A stretch of DNA of 64,000 nucleotides. Source: an uncultured virus (IMG/VR IMGVR_UViG_3300030329_002226) (lineage: Duplodnaviria; Heunggongvirae; Uroviricota; Caudoviricetes). The translations under genes were made by a program, and so were the position numbers. Shown piece by piece: positions 1 to 10,412 of the stretch. Location: positions 1 through 64,000 of the IMG/VR virus record IMGVR_UViG_3300030329_002226. One strand, written 5' to 3'. The stretch's first letter is position 1; the number at the start of each line of letters is the position of its first letter. Below the pieces are notes generated by a model, which saw nothing but the letters and a program-made list of their open reading frames with translations, was not told the origin of the DNA and searched no databases.

Positions 1-292
1 CTTCTTTAAATATGATTAAAGTAGGTACCATTCTTACTTTGTATTTCTTTTTTGCTGCAGGACATTTAGTTATGTCTGCTCTATAATAAACTACGTCTTC
101 TAGTTTATTCCAATCCTCAAATTTATTATCATCATTAAATTCTGCCCAGAACTCAACAATAACAGGTTTTGTTTGATCATCTCCAAACGCCTGTTTTTCA
201 TTTATTTTACTATCAAAATTTGCATCTGTAACCCATTCTTGTCCATAAGTATTAAAACACAATAATAGTAAAAATATATTTAAGTATTTCAT
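1..292 (-). CDS. Secreted thioredoxin-fold protein lacking CxxC (runs off window start)
   Basis: Not in ORF track. Manual translation MKYLNIFLLLLCFNTYGQEWVTDANFDSKI...PVIVEFWAEFNDDN...KYKVRMVPTLIIFKE shows a signal peptide and thioredoxin-like VIVEFWA and cis-Pro VPTLIIFK segments, but no WCxxC. Confidence 0.7.
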   Translation of the reverse strand, partial: MKYLNIFLLLLCFNTYGQEWVTDANFDSKINEKQAFGDDQTKPVIVEFWAEFNDDNKFEDWNKLEDVVYYRADITKCPAAKKKYKVRMVPTLIIFKE

Positions 293-582
293 TAGTTTAT
301 TTTTTTCGTTATTTCATACAAACGCTCATCTATTTTATCAATTGATTCTTTTATTTCTTCTACATCATCTTGAGTATCCATTATAGTATTTCTAATCAAT
401 TCATCTTTTAGTTCATATTCTGTCTTAGATATTTCTGGTTTAGGCAATTCTTTAGCTTCCGCAATATCTGCCTGCATTACAAAATACATACTTGCAATTG
501 TAATGGTAAAACCTACTATCATTCCGATAGTTTTAAGATCTAGTGTTACTTTAGTTGATTCCCCTATTTGTGGTGCTGCCAT
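292..582 (-). CDS. Single-TM membrane protein with C-terminal coiled coil
   Basis: Hydrophobic IGMIVGFTITIASMYFVM followed by a heptad-like tail; coupled to neighbours. Confidence 0.6.
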   Translation of the reverse strand: MAAPQIGESTKVTLDLKTIGMIVGFTITIASMYFVMQADIAEAKELPKPEISKTEYELKDELIRNTIMDTQDDVEEIKESIDKIDERLYEITKKIN

Positions 583-994
583 TTCCTTTATTTGTATTAG
601 AATTTGTTGGTGTATTTAAACTTGGACTTAATGATGGACCAGTTCCTGAATTAGCAGGTTTATTATATGTACCGGTCGGTTTAGTTGGTATGGTTACATT
701 AGGAATATTTACATTATTAGGTCTAGTTCCACTAGGTCTAACATAGTAATAGTTATTCCAACCCCATCCATAAAATGGAGATGGTCTCCAGTAATTATGA
801 TAATAAGGATATGTATGGTATATATTTTGATACACTCTAGGTCTTAATGAATTAACATTAAGCTGTATTGTATCACCTTCAGCTGTTACAGCTAAGACTT
901 TAATCGTGTTTGACGGTGCTGGCGTTAAAGAAGCACAACTGCTAACAAAGGCCGCAATGACCGCCACATAAAGGACAAATTTCCATATTTTCAT
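551..994 (-). CDS. Putative lipoprotein with aromatic-rich middle and Pro/Asn/Thr-rich tail
   Basis: Signal peptide ending in lipobox-like FVSS-C. Confidence 0.55.
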   Translation of the reverse strand: MKIWKFVLYVAVIAAFVSSCASLTPAPSNTIKVLAVTAEGDTIQLNVNSLRPRVYQNIYHTYPYYHNYWRPSPFYGWGWNNYYYVRPSGTRPNNVNIPNVTIPTKPTGTYNKPANSGTGPSLSPSLNTPTNSNTNKGNGSTTNRGIN

Positions 995-2181
995 TATTTA
1001 AGTGTTATGTTCAGACCAACTGAACTATTATATATTTCAGAATCCCAAAATTTAGTATATTCTCCTTCAAAGAATACACCAATGGATCTACTTAATTTCC
1101 ATCCAAAAACTAAACCAGCTTGATAATCTTCCCACTGTTCATGTATAGCATCTTCACGTAATCCACCAAGTCCCCAATTATTTCTATTTAAATAACTAAA
1201 GTCTTCATCACCTTTAACATATTTATGATACGGTGGTAAATAAGATCCATAAATGTGAGTCCAGAAATTATTTTTATAATGGTAAAAATCAAATCCGATC
1301 ACAGGAGATACTACGCCAAATGCATCTATTTCTGCCCACATTTCTTCATTATAACGATTCATCAAGTTGGTAAATACTGTCTCTCTAAACTCTAAATCTG
1401 TATGGGCTACGATATTACCATCTGGGTCAGTCCAATACCAATCATATAATGTTTGACCTTGATATTGAGTTGTAGTATAATGATCATCGTATCCATAATA
1501 AAATCCTAATGTATACCAAGGATTTACAGCATATCCTTCTTCAGTAGTTTCATTTAACCATATTTCTACAGGATTATATCCATAAGGTCTTTCATGTGTA
1601 CGATACATTATTCCTGCAGATAAACTAAATTTCTTACCAATAGGTAATTTAGCTCTTAATTCTGCTGATTGATAATTAAAATCTACTTTACCTTGTTTTC
1701 TACTTTCTAATTTAACCATGTGATATTTACCACTGTGTTTTAAAAAGTATCTATGATTATCATAGAGTTCATCTCTTTCTCTTTCTTTTTCCCAATGAAA
1801 TACATATTCTAATCCTTTAACTGGAGAATTTGTAGCAGATAAACCTACATTGTTTTCAGTACCATCATAATACTGTTTACCTTTTACTTCATAATCATAT
1901 CTAGCTAGTTTTCTTATACCTATACCATATCTATAATCAAATTCATAATAATCAGTACCATCAACTACAACTGGTATATCATATAAACCTCCATCTGGAT
2001 TAGTTCTTACAAAATAATCTGGTACATTTTCCTTAGGATTTTGCATATCACCAGCTACATAAACAGTACTGTATTTAAATAGCTCGTCATAAATAGATTT
2101 AAAAAATCTACCTTTTTCTTTTTCCTGTCCACTTATATTAAACGTGATAAGTAAACAAAGTGTAAGTAAAATTTGTTTCAT
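994..2181 (-). CDS. Putative outer-membrane beta-barrel protein
   Basis: N-terminal signal peptide, many Tyr/Trp/Phe-rich amphipathic strands, C-terminal strand SSVGLNITLK. Confidence 0.55.
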   Translation of the reverse strand: MKQILLTLCLLITFNISGQEKEKGRFFKSIYDELFKYSTVYVAGDMQNPKENVPDYFVRTNPDGGLYDIPVVVDGTDYYEFDYRYGIGIRKLARYDYEVKGKQYYDGTENNVGLSATNSPVKGLEYVFHWEKERERDELYDNHRYFLKHSGKYHMVKLESRKQGKVDFNYQSAELRAKLPIGKKFSLSAGIMYRTHERPYGYNPVEIWLNETTEEGYAVNPWYTLGFYYGYDDHYTTTQYQGQTLYDWYWTDPDGNIVAHTDLEFRETVFTNLMNRYNEEMWAEIDAFGVVSPVIGFDFYHYKNNFWTHIYGSYLPPYHKYVKGDEDFSYLNRNNWGLGGLREDAIHEQWEDYQAGLVFGWKLSRSIGVFFEGEYTKFWDSEIYNSSVGLNITLK

Positions 2182-2406
2182 TTAGTTTTTCTTTTTACGG
2201 GTTTTTCTTTTCTTTTGTAATGCATCCCACTCTTTTTTTAAATATGTTCTTACTACAATAAGATTTTTACATTTATCTATTTTAGTAACTTTAACTCTAT
2301 ATTCTTCTACATATTCTATTTTAGTGACAACACATTTTTTCTTTCTCTCCTGCCCATTAGCAGTTAAAGAAAAAGATAATAATAAGATTATAATTAAATT
2401 TTTCAT
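2182..2406 (-). CDS. Small secreted basic protein
   Basis: Signal peptide ending ANG-Q; two Cys; Lys-rich. Confidence 0.55.
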   Translation of the reverse strand: MKNLIIILLLSFSLTANGQERKKKCVVTKIEYVEEYRVKVTKIDKCKNLIVVRTYLKKEWDALQKKRKTRKKKN

Positions 2407-2495
2407 TATTTATATTTTTTAAACATTAATTTATACATTAATCGGTTCCATGCTTTTTGTATTTTATCAATACCTTTTTTAATTTTTTCTATCAT
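2406..2495 (-). CDS. 29-aa basic amphipathic peptide
   Basis: Manual translation MIEKIKKGIDKIQKAWNRLMYKLMFKKYK; fills the gap and its TAA overlaps the next ATG. Confidence 0.45.
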   Translation of the reverse strand: MIEKIKKGIDKIQKAWNRLMYKLMFKKYK

Positions 2496-2505
2496 AATTG
2501 TTTTT

Positions 2506-5500
2506 TTAAAAATTTAATTTTGGTTTAAATTCTAATCCTTTAAAATCTAAATTAGGTCCAAAATCTAAAGGACCAGTTCTACCTCTTCTTCCATTTCCAT
2601 CTTCTATATTTAATCCTAAATTCCACGTACTATATCCTAAGAAGAATAATATTCTTTGCCACATTTCAAAGTCACTATCAAATGCATTTTTTAAATTTTC
2701 TGATTTAATATACAATCTGGCTACTGGAACTTGGGTAGCTGCTTCAAATCCAAATAGAAGTGCTTTTATTAGATTAGCATTTTTTAAAATTTTATCTGCT
2801 CCTTTTTCAAGCGCCAATATATCGTTAATTTCTTGTTGATTCCACGTGTATGTTCTATATGCTTGAACGGCTTTTCTTGATATTATAGCAGCTGGTACAA
2901 TTCCTTCGGATAAAGAAAGAACAAAATCACCTTCTTTATAAATAGCTTTATCATCTTTACCCATTCTGATTGTAGTAAGAATTATGTTTTTAATCCATGA
3001 TATAAATGCTCCATATATTCCTTGACCTTTTAATGTAGAATCAACCCAACCATTTGCGAATCTATTCCAGTTTTTATTATATTTTTCTGTTGGAAGTTCT
3101 TTTTCTTCTTCGTCCCACATTGTAGCCATTAAAGCGTTTTGAAGAAAAGCAAAAATAGCATATTGTAATCCTCCATAATAACTTATAACTCCAAGATTGT
3201 GTAATAAATTACCTCGTCCTTTAGCAATATCCATTGCTTTACTTTTCATTATTCTTCCATACTGTAAAGGAGTATTTTGAAATGCTAACATTAATCTACC
3301 CAGATTTCTGGCTTGATTAAAGGATATTTTTGATGGATCTCCAGATTGCTGAGTATCTTCTGCTAATACAAACCAATCGAACTCAGCCTTTTTAATAGCT
3401 TCTTCTTCAGTAAATCCATCTTTTTTATAAGTATTTATTCTATTTCTATAAAACGTAGTACCTCCAAAAGCAATTGCAAAACTATCTACTACTCTTGTAG
3501 GTCCAAATCCTATTTTTAATAAATAAGATAGAAGGGCATTCATATATTCCATCGAGTTAGAATATTCAAATTTAGTAGCTAAATCAGCAATTTCTTGTTC
3601 CTGTAAACTATTTAACATACCTTGTCTTCTATCTTTTAAATATGAAGAATTCCATAATGTATTAAAATCTTCCATAAATTGTGGTACATTAAGTATAGCT
3701 TTTCCAGCAGCTAAAGGATTATTATCAGTTGTATTTAAAAAATTCATAAAAGAAATAGTCTGTAAAGCTGCAGAACGCATGTTAAAAAACATAGTAACAC
3801 CAATAGTATTATTTAAATAATCCATAAAAGCATGTCCTATATCTTCAGGATTATTCCTTTTGCTAATCTGTTGTTGACCATATTTCATTCTTTCTAAATT
3901 ATCCTCTATAGAAACTCTCATTGCATTTCCGTAAATAGCTTGAATTTTATTTAAATTAGCATCTGTAAATATTAAATCAACATTTTGTATAAATTTAGCT
4001 AAATATTTAGTTCTTTCTGCTTCAACAAGATTATTTTTTATTTCAGAGGAAATAGTTCGACTTGTCCACCCTTCATAAGGTTCAATCCACCCATTTGGTT
4101 GTTTGGAAATTTGTGAAGCTTTATTAGCAAATTCTCTTAATTCTTTATCTTTGTTTACTATTGCTATTAATCTAAATTTTTGTGGCATACTTAACCCTGG
4201 AATACGTTTATTTCCTTTTGCCCAGCCTTTACTCCACATATAAACTCTAACTGCATCTCCATAAGTAAATGTTTTCATTCCTTTTATAGGGGATGTTAAT
4301 TTACCTTTCAGACCTGGAGAATTTTTCCATAATTGTGTCCAAGCTTCAACAGTTTTAACTTTTGCAGTTTTTAATTCAAAATTTCCTTTCATGTAAACAT
4401 CAAATACTTTCTCCCTAAACCATTTCTTTTGTTGTTCTCCTTTTTTTCCTTTACCAGTAGCCATCAACTCCATTAATCTCAAGATATCCATATCTTTTGC
4501 TGACAATAAACCTCCACTTCTCCACCATTGACCTTTGTCAGAACCTAATCCATATTTACCTAATACTTCAGCTTTTTCTATTTGTTTTTTAGGATCTATA
4601 TTACCAGTTTCAGCTAATATTTGATTTAACGCATCACTTAAGTTATTACTATATTCATCAAAATTATAATCTTCTTTTCTACTAAATTTAACATCTCCTT
4701 CGTTTAATATTTTGCTAGTTATTTTACCAGTTGAATTCTTGGCGTTTCTAAATGTAAAATTATTATATCCTTGAGACATTTTATTTATTAAATATAAAGC
4801 AATAGCTTTATCATTTAAATTACCTAAATTAGGAACATCAAATTTAATAGAATATTTAATTTCTTGATCTCTTGATCTTAAGTCTGAATTAATGAAAGCT
4901 TGTTGAGCAACATTTGCAATAGCTATTTGTTGATCTAGAGTTCTTCCTTTAAATAATGGAGATAAATTATTGTTAATACTAAATTTAACACTATCTGATT
5001 TTCCTGTAGCCATATTATCTATAACTTCAGCTATAATATTATCTTGTTTTAGTTCTTCATATAATATTGGATTTTTTTCTGCAATTTGATTTAAAAATCT
5101 TTCACTTCTTAAAGAATTTCTAGCTTCTTGTAAAATAAGCACATCTCCAAATAATTGCATTAAAGATGTTCTTCTATCAAAAAATCCTGTTGGTCCTATT
5201 TCTCCCATTGTTTTATCAGCTTTCTCACTTAATTCAACTGGATAAGATCTTAATTGTTTTATTTCACTTTCCGGATTTTCGTTATATTTATTTATAATTT
5301 CTTCTGCTTTGTTTTTACCAAAATAAGCTTGTAAGAATAAAGCCCTAGTTATTTTTTTATTTTTTGTTGGTCTACCTTGTTCATCAAATTCTCTTAATAT
5401 AGTAGGTATTTTTTTAGCAGCATAAGTAGATTCACCAGTAACAGGATCATAAGGATTGTTTATAACTTTATATATTAATTCCCAATTATTATACATAAAG

Positions 5501-8500
5501 AAATCTAAATCTCCTTGATTTTTGAAAGTCATATATCTAGCTAAAGGAAATATAAATGATTCAAATTTATTTTTAAAGTTTCTAAAATGTAATGTAGCAA
5601 TATTTGGAGCTCTTAAAATTTGCTCTTCTACCGCTTTTATTATCATTTTAACTGGATTCATAGGAAGTGTATAAGCTTCATATGTTTTTATTACCCTACC
5701 TGATCCTAAATCATAAGCTTGAAATCCTCTTAATTTCTCTAATTCTTTTACTTCTTCATTTGTTAAATTAGATTTATTTTCTAATTCTAAACCTCTTTCA
5801 ATATTTCTTTTTTGTCGTTCTAAATCATTAATAACATCTGGATCTTCTGCTGTTTTTAATCTTTGATTAACAGCTAATGTAGGATCATTTATACCTGATA
5901 TAGTTCGTCCTCCTAAAGGTACTACATCTATTATTACTTCTGTTCCATCTTCATTTACAAAACCAAATAATGGATCTCTTAAAAAACTAACTAATTTACT
6001 TTGATTTTGCTCCCATTCTTGTTTTTGTTCTTCAGCAGTATCCTCATCTATAGTACCCATTGTTCGTGGGTCATATTCTTTGGTGTATTTTTTAGTAGTT
6101 ATTCCTGGTCTTTTTAATGCTTGTTTTATTTTATTAACTAATTGAGAATTTATCCAACCATATAAAGATTTATTTTCTTTTATTATTTCACCTTTTTCTT
6201 CTCCAGTAGTAATTTTATAACCTTGTTCGTCTTGTGTTTTTAATCTTTCTTCAATCTCACTTTTACTTAATCCTTTTTTGTATAAGCTTTCTTTATATTT
6301 GTCTCTTTCTTTTAAAAATGTTTTATTAAAATTTCTAATATGTTTTAATAATTCTTCTTGAGTTCCAAATACTATTTCATCTACTAAAACACTAGGTAGA
6401 TTAGAATAAAGAGATTCTACTTTGTTCGTTATAATTGCTTCATAATCAAATATTATATCATAAGCTACGGTATCTATTCCTGTATTTGTAGTAAATAAAT
6501 CTGCATCATAATAATTATCTATTTTCTCTCCAAATGCTTTTGGATCATATTTTTGATCTGGTATTAATGAGTATTTAGTATCAAAACCTTGTGGCTCATC
6601 AGCACTACCAGGTTTTGTTTTTTTAGTTTTAGCTGTAGCTTTTCTTCTTTTATCTATCTCTTCTTTTAAAACAGTTATTTCTTTTCTAAGCTTTTCTTCT
6701 TTTCTTTTTTCTTTTTCTGCTAATTTTTCTGATGTAGTAGTTTCTAATTCTTGTTTTTCTTTTTCTAAAGCTTTTTTATCTACTTTAGCTCCTTTGGTAC
6801 CCATTTTCTTAAAAGCTCTATTCCATTTAAGTGTTCCACTTTTAATAGCTGCATTATAATCTCTAATCATATTAAATACAGCTCTACCACTATCAAATTC
6901 AAAGTCAGTAGCTCCAATAAATTGCATTGCTCTTCTCCATGTATTCTTTAGTCTTTGAGCTACATCTTCATCAAACTTAACTAAATTTTCTCCAATAGCT
7001 TCTGAATAAATTTCTAATGCTTCTTCCCATGTATTACCATATAAGTTATTTCTTCTTCTCTCATATTCAGCTTTATCAATAACTTTATTTTTAAGATCTA
7101 TTTTTAATTTTTCTTCTGCTTTTAAAAATCTATTATAATAACTTCTAAATCTATTTACAAAATCTTTAGGTAAAACACTAGTGTCTAAATCATCATCTAG
7201 TGCTAAATCCATTTTACTTATTTCATTAAATAAAGCTTTACCTAAAAGTACTTGAGTTTCATAATCTTCACCGATTGTTTTAACCCATAACGCATGTTTA
7301 AATTCATGCTGAGCAGTTTGTGTCAAACGTTTACCTGCTCTTCCGGGTTTAGCTGCTTGCCATTTAAATTCTAAAGCAAAGTTAGTATCACCTTGTTGAA
7401 ACATAGCTCCAGTTTTGTTTGAAATAAATCTTTTCTTTAAATATTCTTCAAACTTTTTATCGTCCATGTTTTTTGTTTTCCTATTTCTAGGAATAACTCC
7501 TTTAAGATATTCTAACGCTTGTTCCTCATTTTCAAATGCTTCAAAAACTGTATTACCTGCTATTCCAGCTTTCGCCGCAGCCAAAATAGCTGCTCTATCT
7601 TTTGATGTTATAGCATCATAATATGTATTGTTTATTCTATCTTTTAAAGCTTGAATTTGATTATCATAACCAGTAAAACCTTTAGGAGAATTTTTCTTGT
7701 CATTTTCTAAATCCCTTAATTCTTTTATATCTTCTAAAATATTTTTAGCATTTTTAGCATCCATACTTTTAGGAACATCATTAATAGTGTTTTTATATAA
7801 TGATACTTCTTGTAATAAATTATCTGCTTCTTCTTGAGTATATAAACCATCTTCTACTTGTTTAGCTAATAAAGATTTTAATTCTTTTTCATTAAAAGCC
7901 ATGTAAGCTAAAGCATTAAATCTATCTACATTATCTAATCCCATAAATTGTCTATATCTATTTCTACTAGAATTTATAGTCATACCTGCTCCTGGCATAG
8001 CCATACCAGCTAAAAATGATAATTTAGAGGTTTGAATAAAATCTTCTAAATTATAATCTTCTCTAACAATTTGTTGTCCTGCTCTAATATTAGTTGCAAC
8101 TCCGATAGATTCAGTTTCGCCCCATTGTTGTATATTTTCTTGAAATAATTCTTTCCAACCTTCACGCTGCATTAAATCAGCTCCTCTAACTAATCCTTTG
8201 AATCCTTCATATGTAGTAAATTTTTTACCTTGATCTTTCCAAAATTGATTCCAACCTTGCCATCCTTTTTTCTTATATATGGTCAAAGCTGTTTCTATAG
8301 TTTCTTTTGCTGGTTTTCCAAATATTAAATTTGTGGCTTTAGTTTGAGGACTTATAGGAGCTGTTAAAGCATACCATGCTCCAGTTTGAAAAGAAGCATT
8401 AGAAGCTAATTCTCTAGCCTCTTGATCATTTATTCCTGCTTCTCTTGCTGCTAATAATGTATCTTCATATCCTCTTACAAATCCTATTGTAGACTGAGCA

Positions 8501-10407
8501 ATGATAGCATCTGCAACTATACTTTTAACTGGAAGAGATTTTAAAAAATTTTTCGTTTGACCTAAAACACCCATACCTTTAGTAAAACCTCCTATTGTAG
8601 ATTTAAGTTTACCTATTCCTCTTGTTAATGCAACTTGAAAAAACAAATCTCCAAATACTCTAGAAAATTCAAAAGCTAAACCAGCAGAAGAAGTTGATCC
8701 TCCTTGTACACCTTCTTTTTTTGTTCTTTCAATTATATCTCGTTGTTGATCTGAATTTAAAAACCCTGTAGCTTCTATTTTATTTGTAATATCAAATATT
8801 CTATTATCATCTGTAACTAAATATTCTATATTACCATATTCAGGAAATTGTAATATTTTACCTCTTTTATATCCATATCTTATTTGGTCTCCTCTTTCTA
8901 ACCCTTTAATTAAATGATTTGTTCTCCAATTTTCTGCTACATTATCCGTCCATTCTCCAGGTAAAATATCCATAGTAAAAGTACTAAAAGGAACAATTGC
9001 GTCATCCCAAAATCCTATCCAAAAATTTCCACCATTTTTAGTTAAAAAATCTCCTGTAGAAACATTACCCTTAGTTTTTAAAAGATTTTGATATTCTGTT
9101 TCTAGTTTTAATTGATTCTCTTCTAAAGTTTTATATACATAAGGTGTTTCAGTTCTCATCCAATCTTTTACCATATTAGGATTTATATTTCCTTCAGATA
9201 AATAAAATTGTATACCTTCTGTATCCGCATCTTTAGCGGGATTTTTTGTTTCCCATTCTAATTTCTGTTGTTTTAAATCTCTAGTAAATTGTTCATTTAA
9301 ATAAAGATTTAAATAATGAAGTTTTATTATCTCCCATCCTTTTTGTTTTTGAGTGGGATTATATTTTTCTAATCTTTTAATAGTGTTTTGAATATCTTCT
9401 CTATGCCCTCTGTGATTTATAAATCCATTAAAATCTTTTATATTAAAATCTTTATCTCTACTTAAAGCTTTAGTATTAAAAATACTATCAATGAATTCAT
9501 CGTCTATAGCATATTCTTCAAATATATAAGGTTGATTTAACTTTTCTGCATCTATAATTGATTCTATTTGTTTAGGAGTTTTTAAAACAAATCTATTTAC
9601 TTTTCTTCTTCCTTCTCTTTTTACTCTTTCAACATCGGTATTAAATGGCATGTCATTTTGCCACATAATTTTAAACACTTCTCTATTAGTTAGTTCTTTG
9701 CCATTAGGTAGTTTTATGCCAGAAGGACCTTCATCTATATTATTACCCATAGATTCTACCCATCCTGTATAACCTGGATACATTCCTAAAGCTAAATCTT
9801 TTTTAGTTATAAGTTTTGCATCTAATGCTTTTTTAATACTAGGTTGTCTCATAAATCCTCCAACATCTTTTTGAGAATATAATTCAAACTCAGGATCTAA
9901 TCCTAAGCCTTCATATATAGATTCTCCTTCTACTCCTGTTCTTATATAATCTTCTTTTTCAACTTTAGGATTTAATGCAGCATTTATAATAGCTGATCTT
10001 AATTCTGCATTATTAGTTATATCATCAGTAATACCGCTTATTTTAGCAAATTCAGTATCTTGTGGAGATGCTCCAAATATAGCATCTACCATTGTTATAT
10101 CACTTGGAGTTTCTTTATCGTATTGTTTGATTTTACTAGAAGTAAGTTGTTCTAGCATAGTATTTAAATCAAATTGATCATATGGTTGAGGACCAATTCC
10201 TGGATAATAGTCAGGACTTTCTACAGGTTGAATTCCACCTGGCACTCCAAATATACTAGTATCTAAAGTAATTTCTTCTTGATTTGGTTCTACCCTTTCA
10301 GCATCACTATTGTATGTTAACCATAACATTCTTGATACATCTGTAGCGTTAGTAAGATTAACTCTATCTCCTGTAGGTAATTGATAGATAAATAATTCTT
10401 CTTCCAT
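2506..10407 (-). CDS. Giant internal virion (ejection) protein, polyvalent-type, with zincin HExxH motif and a sigma-region-2-like segment
   Basis: 2633 aa, located after the tail and ejection genes; QHEFKHALW at ~7294-7308; repeated K[FY]S linkers; no RNAP DxDxD motif recognised. Confidence 0.7.
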   Translation of the reverse strand: MEEELFIYQLPTGDRVNLTNATDVSRMLWLTYNSDAERVEPNQEEITLDTSIFGVPGGIQPVESPDYYPGIGPQPYDQFDLNTMLEQLTSSKIKQYDKETPSDITMVDAIFGASPQDTEFAKISGITDDITNNAELRSAIINAALNPKVEKEDYIRTGVEGESIYEGLGLDPEFELYSQKDVGGFMRQPSIKKALDAKLITKKDLALGMYPGYTGWVESMGNNIDEGPSGIKLPNGKELTNREVFKIMWQNDMPFNTDVERVKREGRRKVNRFVLKTPKQIESIIDAEKLNQPYIFEEYAIDDEFIDSIFNTKALSRDKDFNIKDFNGFINHRGHREDIQNTIKRLEKYNPTQKQKGWEIIKLHYLNLYLNEQFTRDLKQQKLEWETKNPAKDADTEGIQFYLSEGNINPNMVKDWMRTETPYVYKTLEENQLKLETEYQNLLKTKGNVSTGDFLTKNGGNFWIGFWDDAIVPFSTFTMDILPGEWTDNVAENWRTNHLIKGLERGDQIRYGYKRGKILQFPEYGNIEYLVTDDNRIFDITNKIEATGFLNSDQQRDIIERTKKEGVQGGSTSSAGLAFEFSRVFGDLFFQVALTRGIGKLKSTIGGFTKGMGVLGQTKNFLKSLPVKSIVADAIIAQSTIGFVRGYEDTLLAAREAGINDQEARELASNASFQTGAWYALTAPISPQTKATNLIFGKPAKETIETALTIYKKKGWQGWNQFWKDQGKKFTTYEGFKGLVRGADLMQREGWKELFQENIQQWGETESIGVATNIRAGQQIVREDYNLEDFIQTSKLSFLAGMAMPGAGMTINSSRNRYRQFMGLDNVDRFNALAYMAFNEKELKSLLAKQVEDGLYTQEEADNLLQEVSLYKNTINDVPKSMDAKNAKNILEDIKELRDLENDKKNSPKGFTGYDNQIQALKDRINNTYYDAITSKDRAAILAAAKAGIAGNTVFEAFENEEQALEYLKGVIPRNRKTKNMDDKKFEEYLKKRFISNKTGAMFQQGDTNFALEFKWQAAKPGRAGKRLTQTAQHEFKHALWVKTIGEDYETQVLLGKALFNEISKMDLALDDDLDTSVLPKDFVNRFRSYYNRFLKAEEKLKIDLKNKVIDKAEYERRRNNLYGNTWEEALEIYSEAIGENLVKFDEDVAQRLKNTWRRAMQFIGATDFEFDSGRAVFNMIRDYNAAIKSGTLKWNRAFKKMGTKGAKVDKKALEKEKQELETTTSEKLAEKEKRKEEKLRKEITVLKEEIDKRRKATAKTKKTKPGSADEPQGFDTKYSLIPDQKYDPKAFGEKIDNYYDADLFTTNTGIDTVAYDIIFDYEAIITNKVESLYSNLPSVLVDEIVFGTQEELLKHIRNFNKTFLKERDKYKESLYKKGLSKSEIEERLKTQDEQGYKITTGEEKGEIIKENKSLYGWINSQLVNKIKQALKRPGITTKKYTKEYDPRTMGTIDEDTAEEQKQEWEQNQSKLVSFLRDPLFGFVNEDGTEVIIDVVPLGGRTISGINDPTLAVNQRLKTAEDPDVINDLERQKRNIERGLELENKSNLTNEEVKELEKLRGFQAYDLGSGRVIKTYEAYTLPMNPVKMIIKAVEEQILRAPNIATLHFRNFKNKFESFIFPLARYMTFKNQGDLDFFMYNNWELIYKVINNPYDPVTGESTYAAKKIPTILREFDEQGRPTKNKKITRALFLQAYFGKNKAEEIINKYNENPESEIKQLRSYPVELSEKADKTMGEIGPTGFFDRRTSLMQLFGDVLILQEARNSLRSERFLNQIAEKNPILYEELKQDNIIAEVIDNMATGKSDSVKFSINNNLSPLFKGRTLDQQIAIANVAQQAFINSDLRSRDQEIKYSIKFDVPNLGNLNDKAIALYLINKMSQGYNNFTFRNAKNSTGKITSKILNEGDVKFSRKEDYNFDEYSNNLSDALNQILAETGNIDPKKQIEKAEVLGKYGLGSDKGQWWRSGGLLSAKDMDILRLMELMATGKGKKGEQQKKWFREKVFDVYMKGNFELKTAKVKTVEAWTQLWKNSPGLKGKLTSPIKGMKTFTYGDAVRVYMWSKGWAKGNKRIPGLSMPQKFRLIAIVNKDKELREFANKASQISKQPNGWIEPYEGWTSRTISSEIKNNLVEAERTKYLAKFIQNVDLIFTDANLNKIQAIYGNAMRVSIEDNLERMKYGQQQISKRNNPEDIGHAFMDYLNNTIGVTMFFNMRSAALQTISFMNFLNTTDNNPLAAGKAILNVPQFMEDFNTLWNSSYLKDRRQGMLNSLQEQEIADLATKFEYSNSMEYMNALLSYLLKIGFGPTRVVDSFAIAFGGTTFYRNRINTYKKDGFTEEEAIKKAEFDWFVLAEDTQQSGDPSKISFNQARNLGRLMLAFQNTPLQYGRIMKSKAMDIAKGRGNLLHNLGVISYYGGLQYAIFAFLQNALMATMWDEEEKELPTEKYNKNWNRFANGWVDSTLKGQGIYGAFISWIKNIILTTIRMGKDDKAIYKEGDFVLSLSEGIVPAAIISRKAVQAYRTYTWNQQEINDILALEKGADKILKNANLIKALLFGFEAATQVPVARLYIKSENLKNAFDSDFEMWQRILFFLGYSTWNLGLNIEDGNGRRGRTGPLDFGPNLDFKGLEFKPKLNF

Positions 10408-10412
10408 AAAAT

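Noticed and set aside
2506..10407. Virion RNA polymerase as in crAss-like or N4-like phages
   Set aside because: No catalytic DxDxD/DFDID or T7-type motifs were recognised; a very divergent enzyme cannot be excluded without an HMM search.
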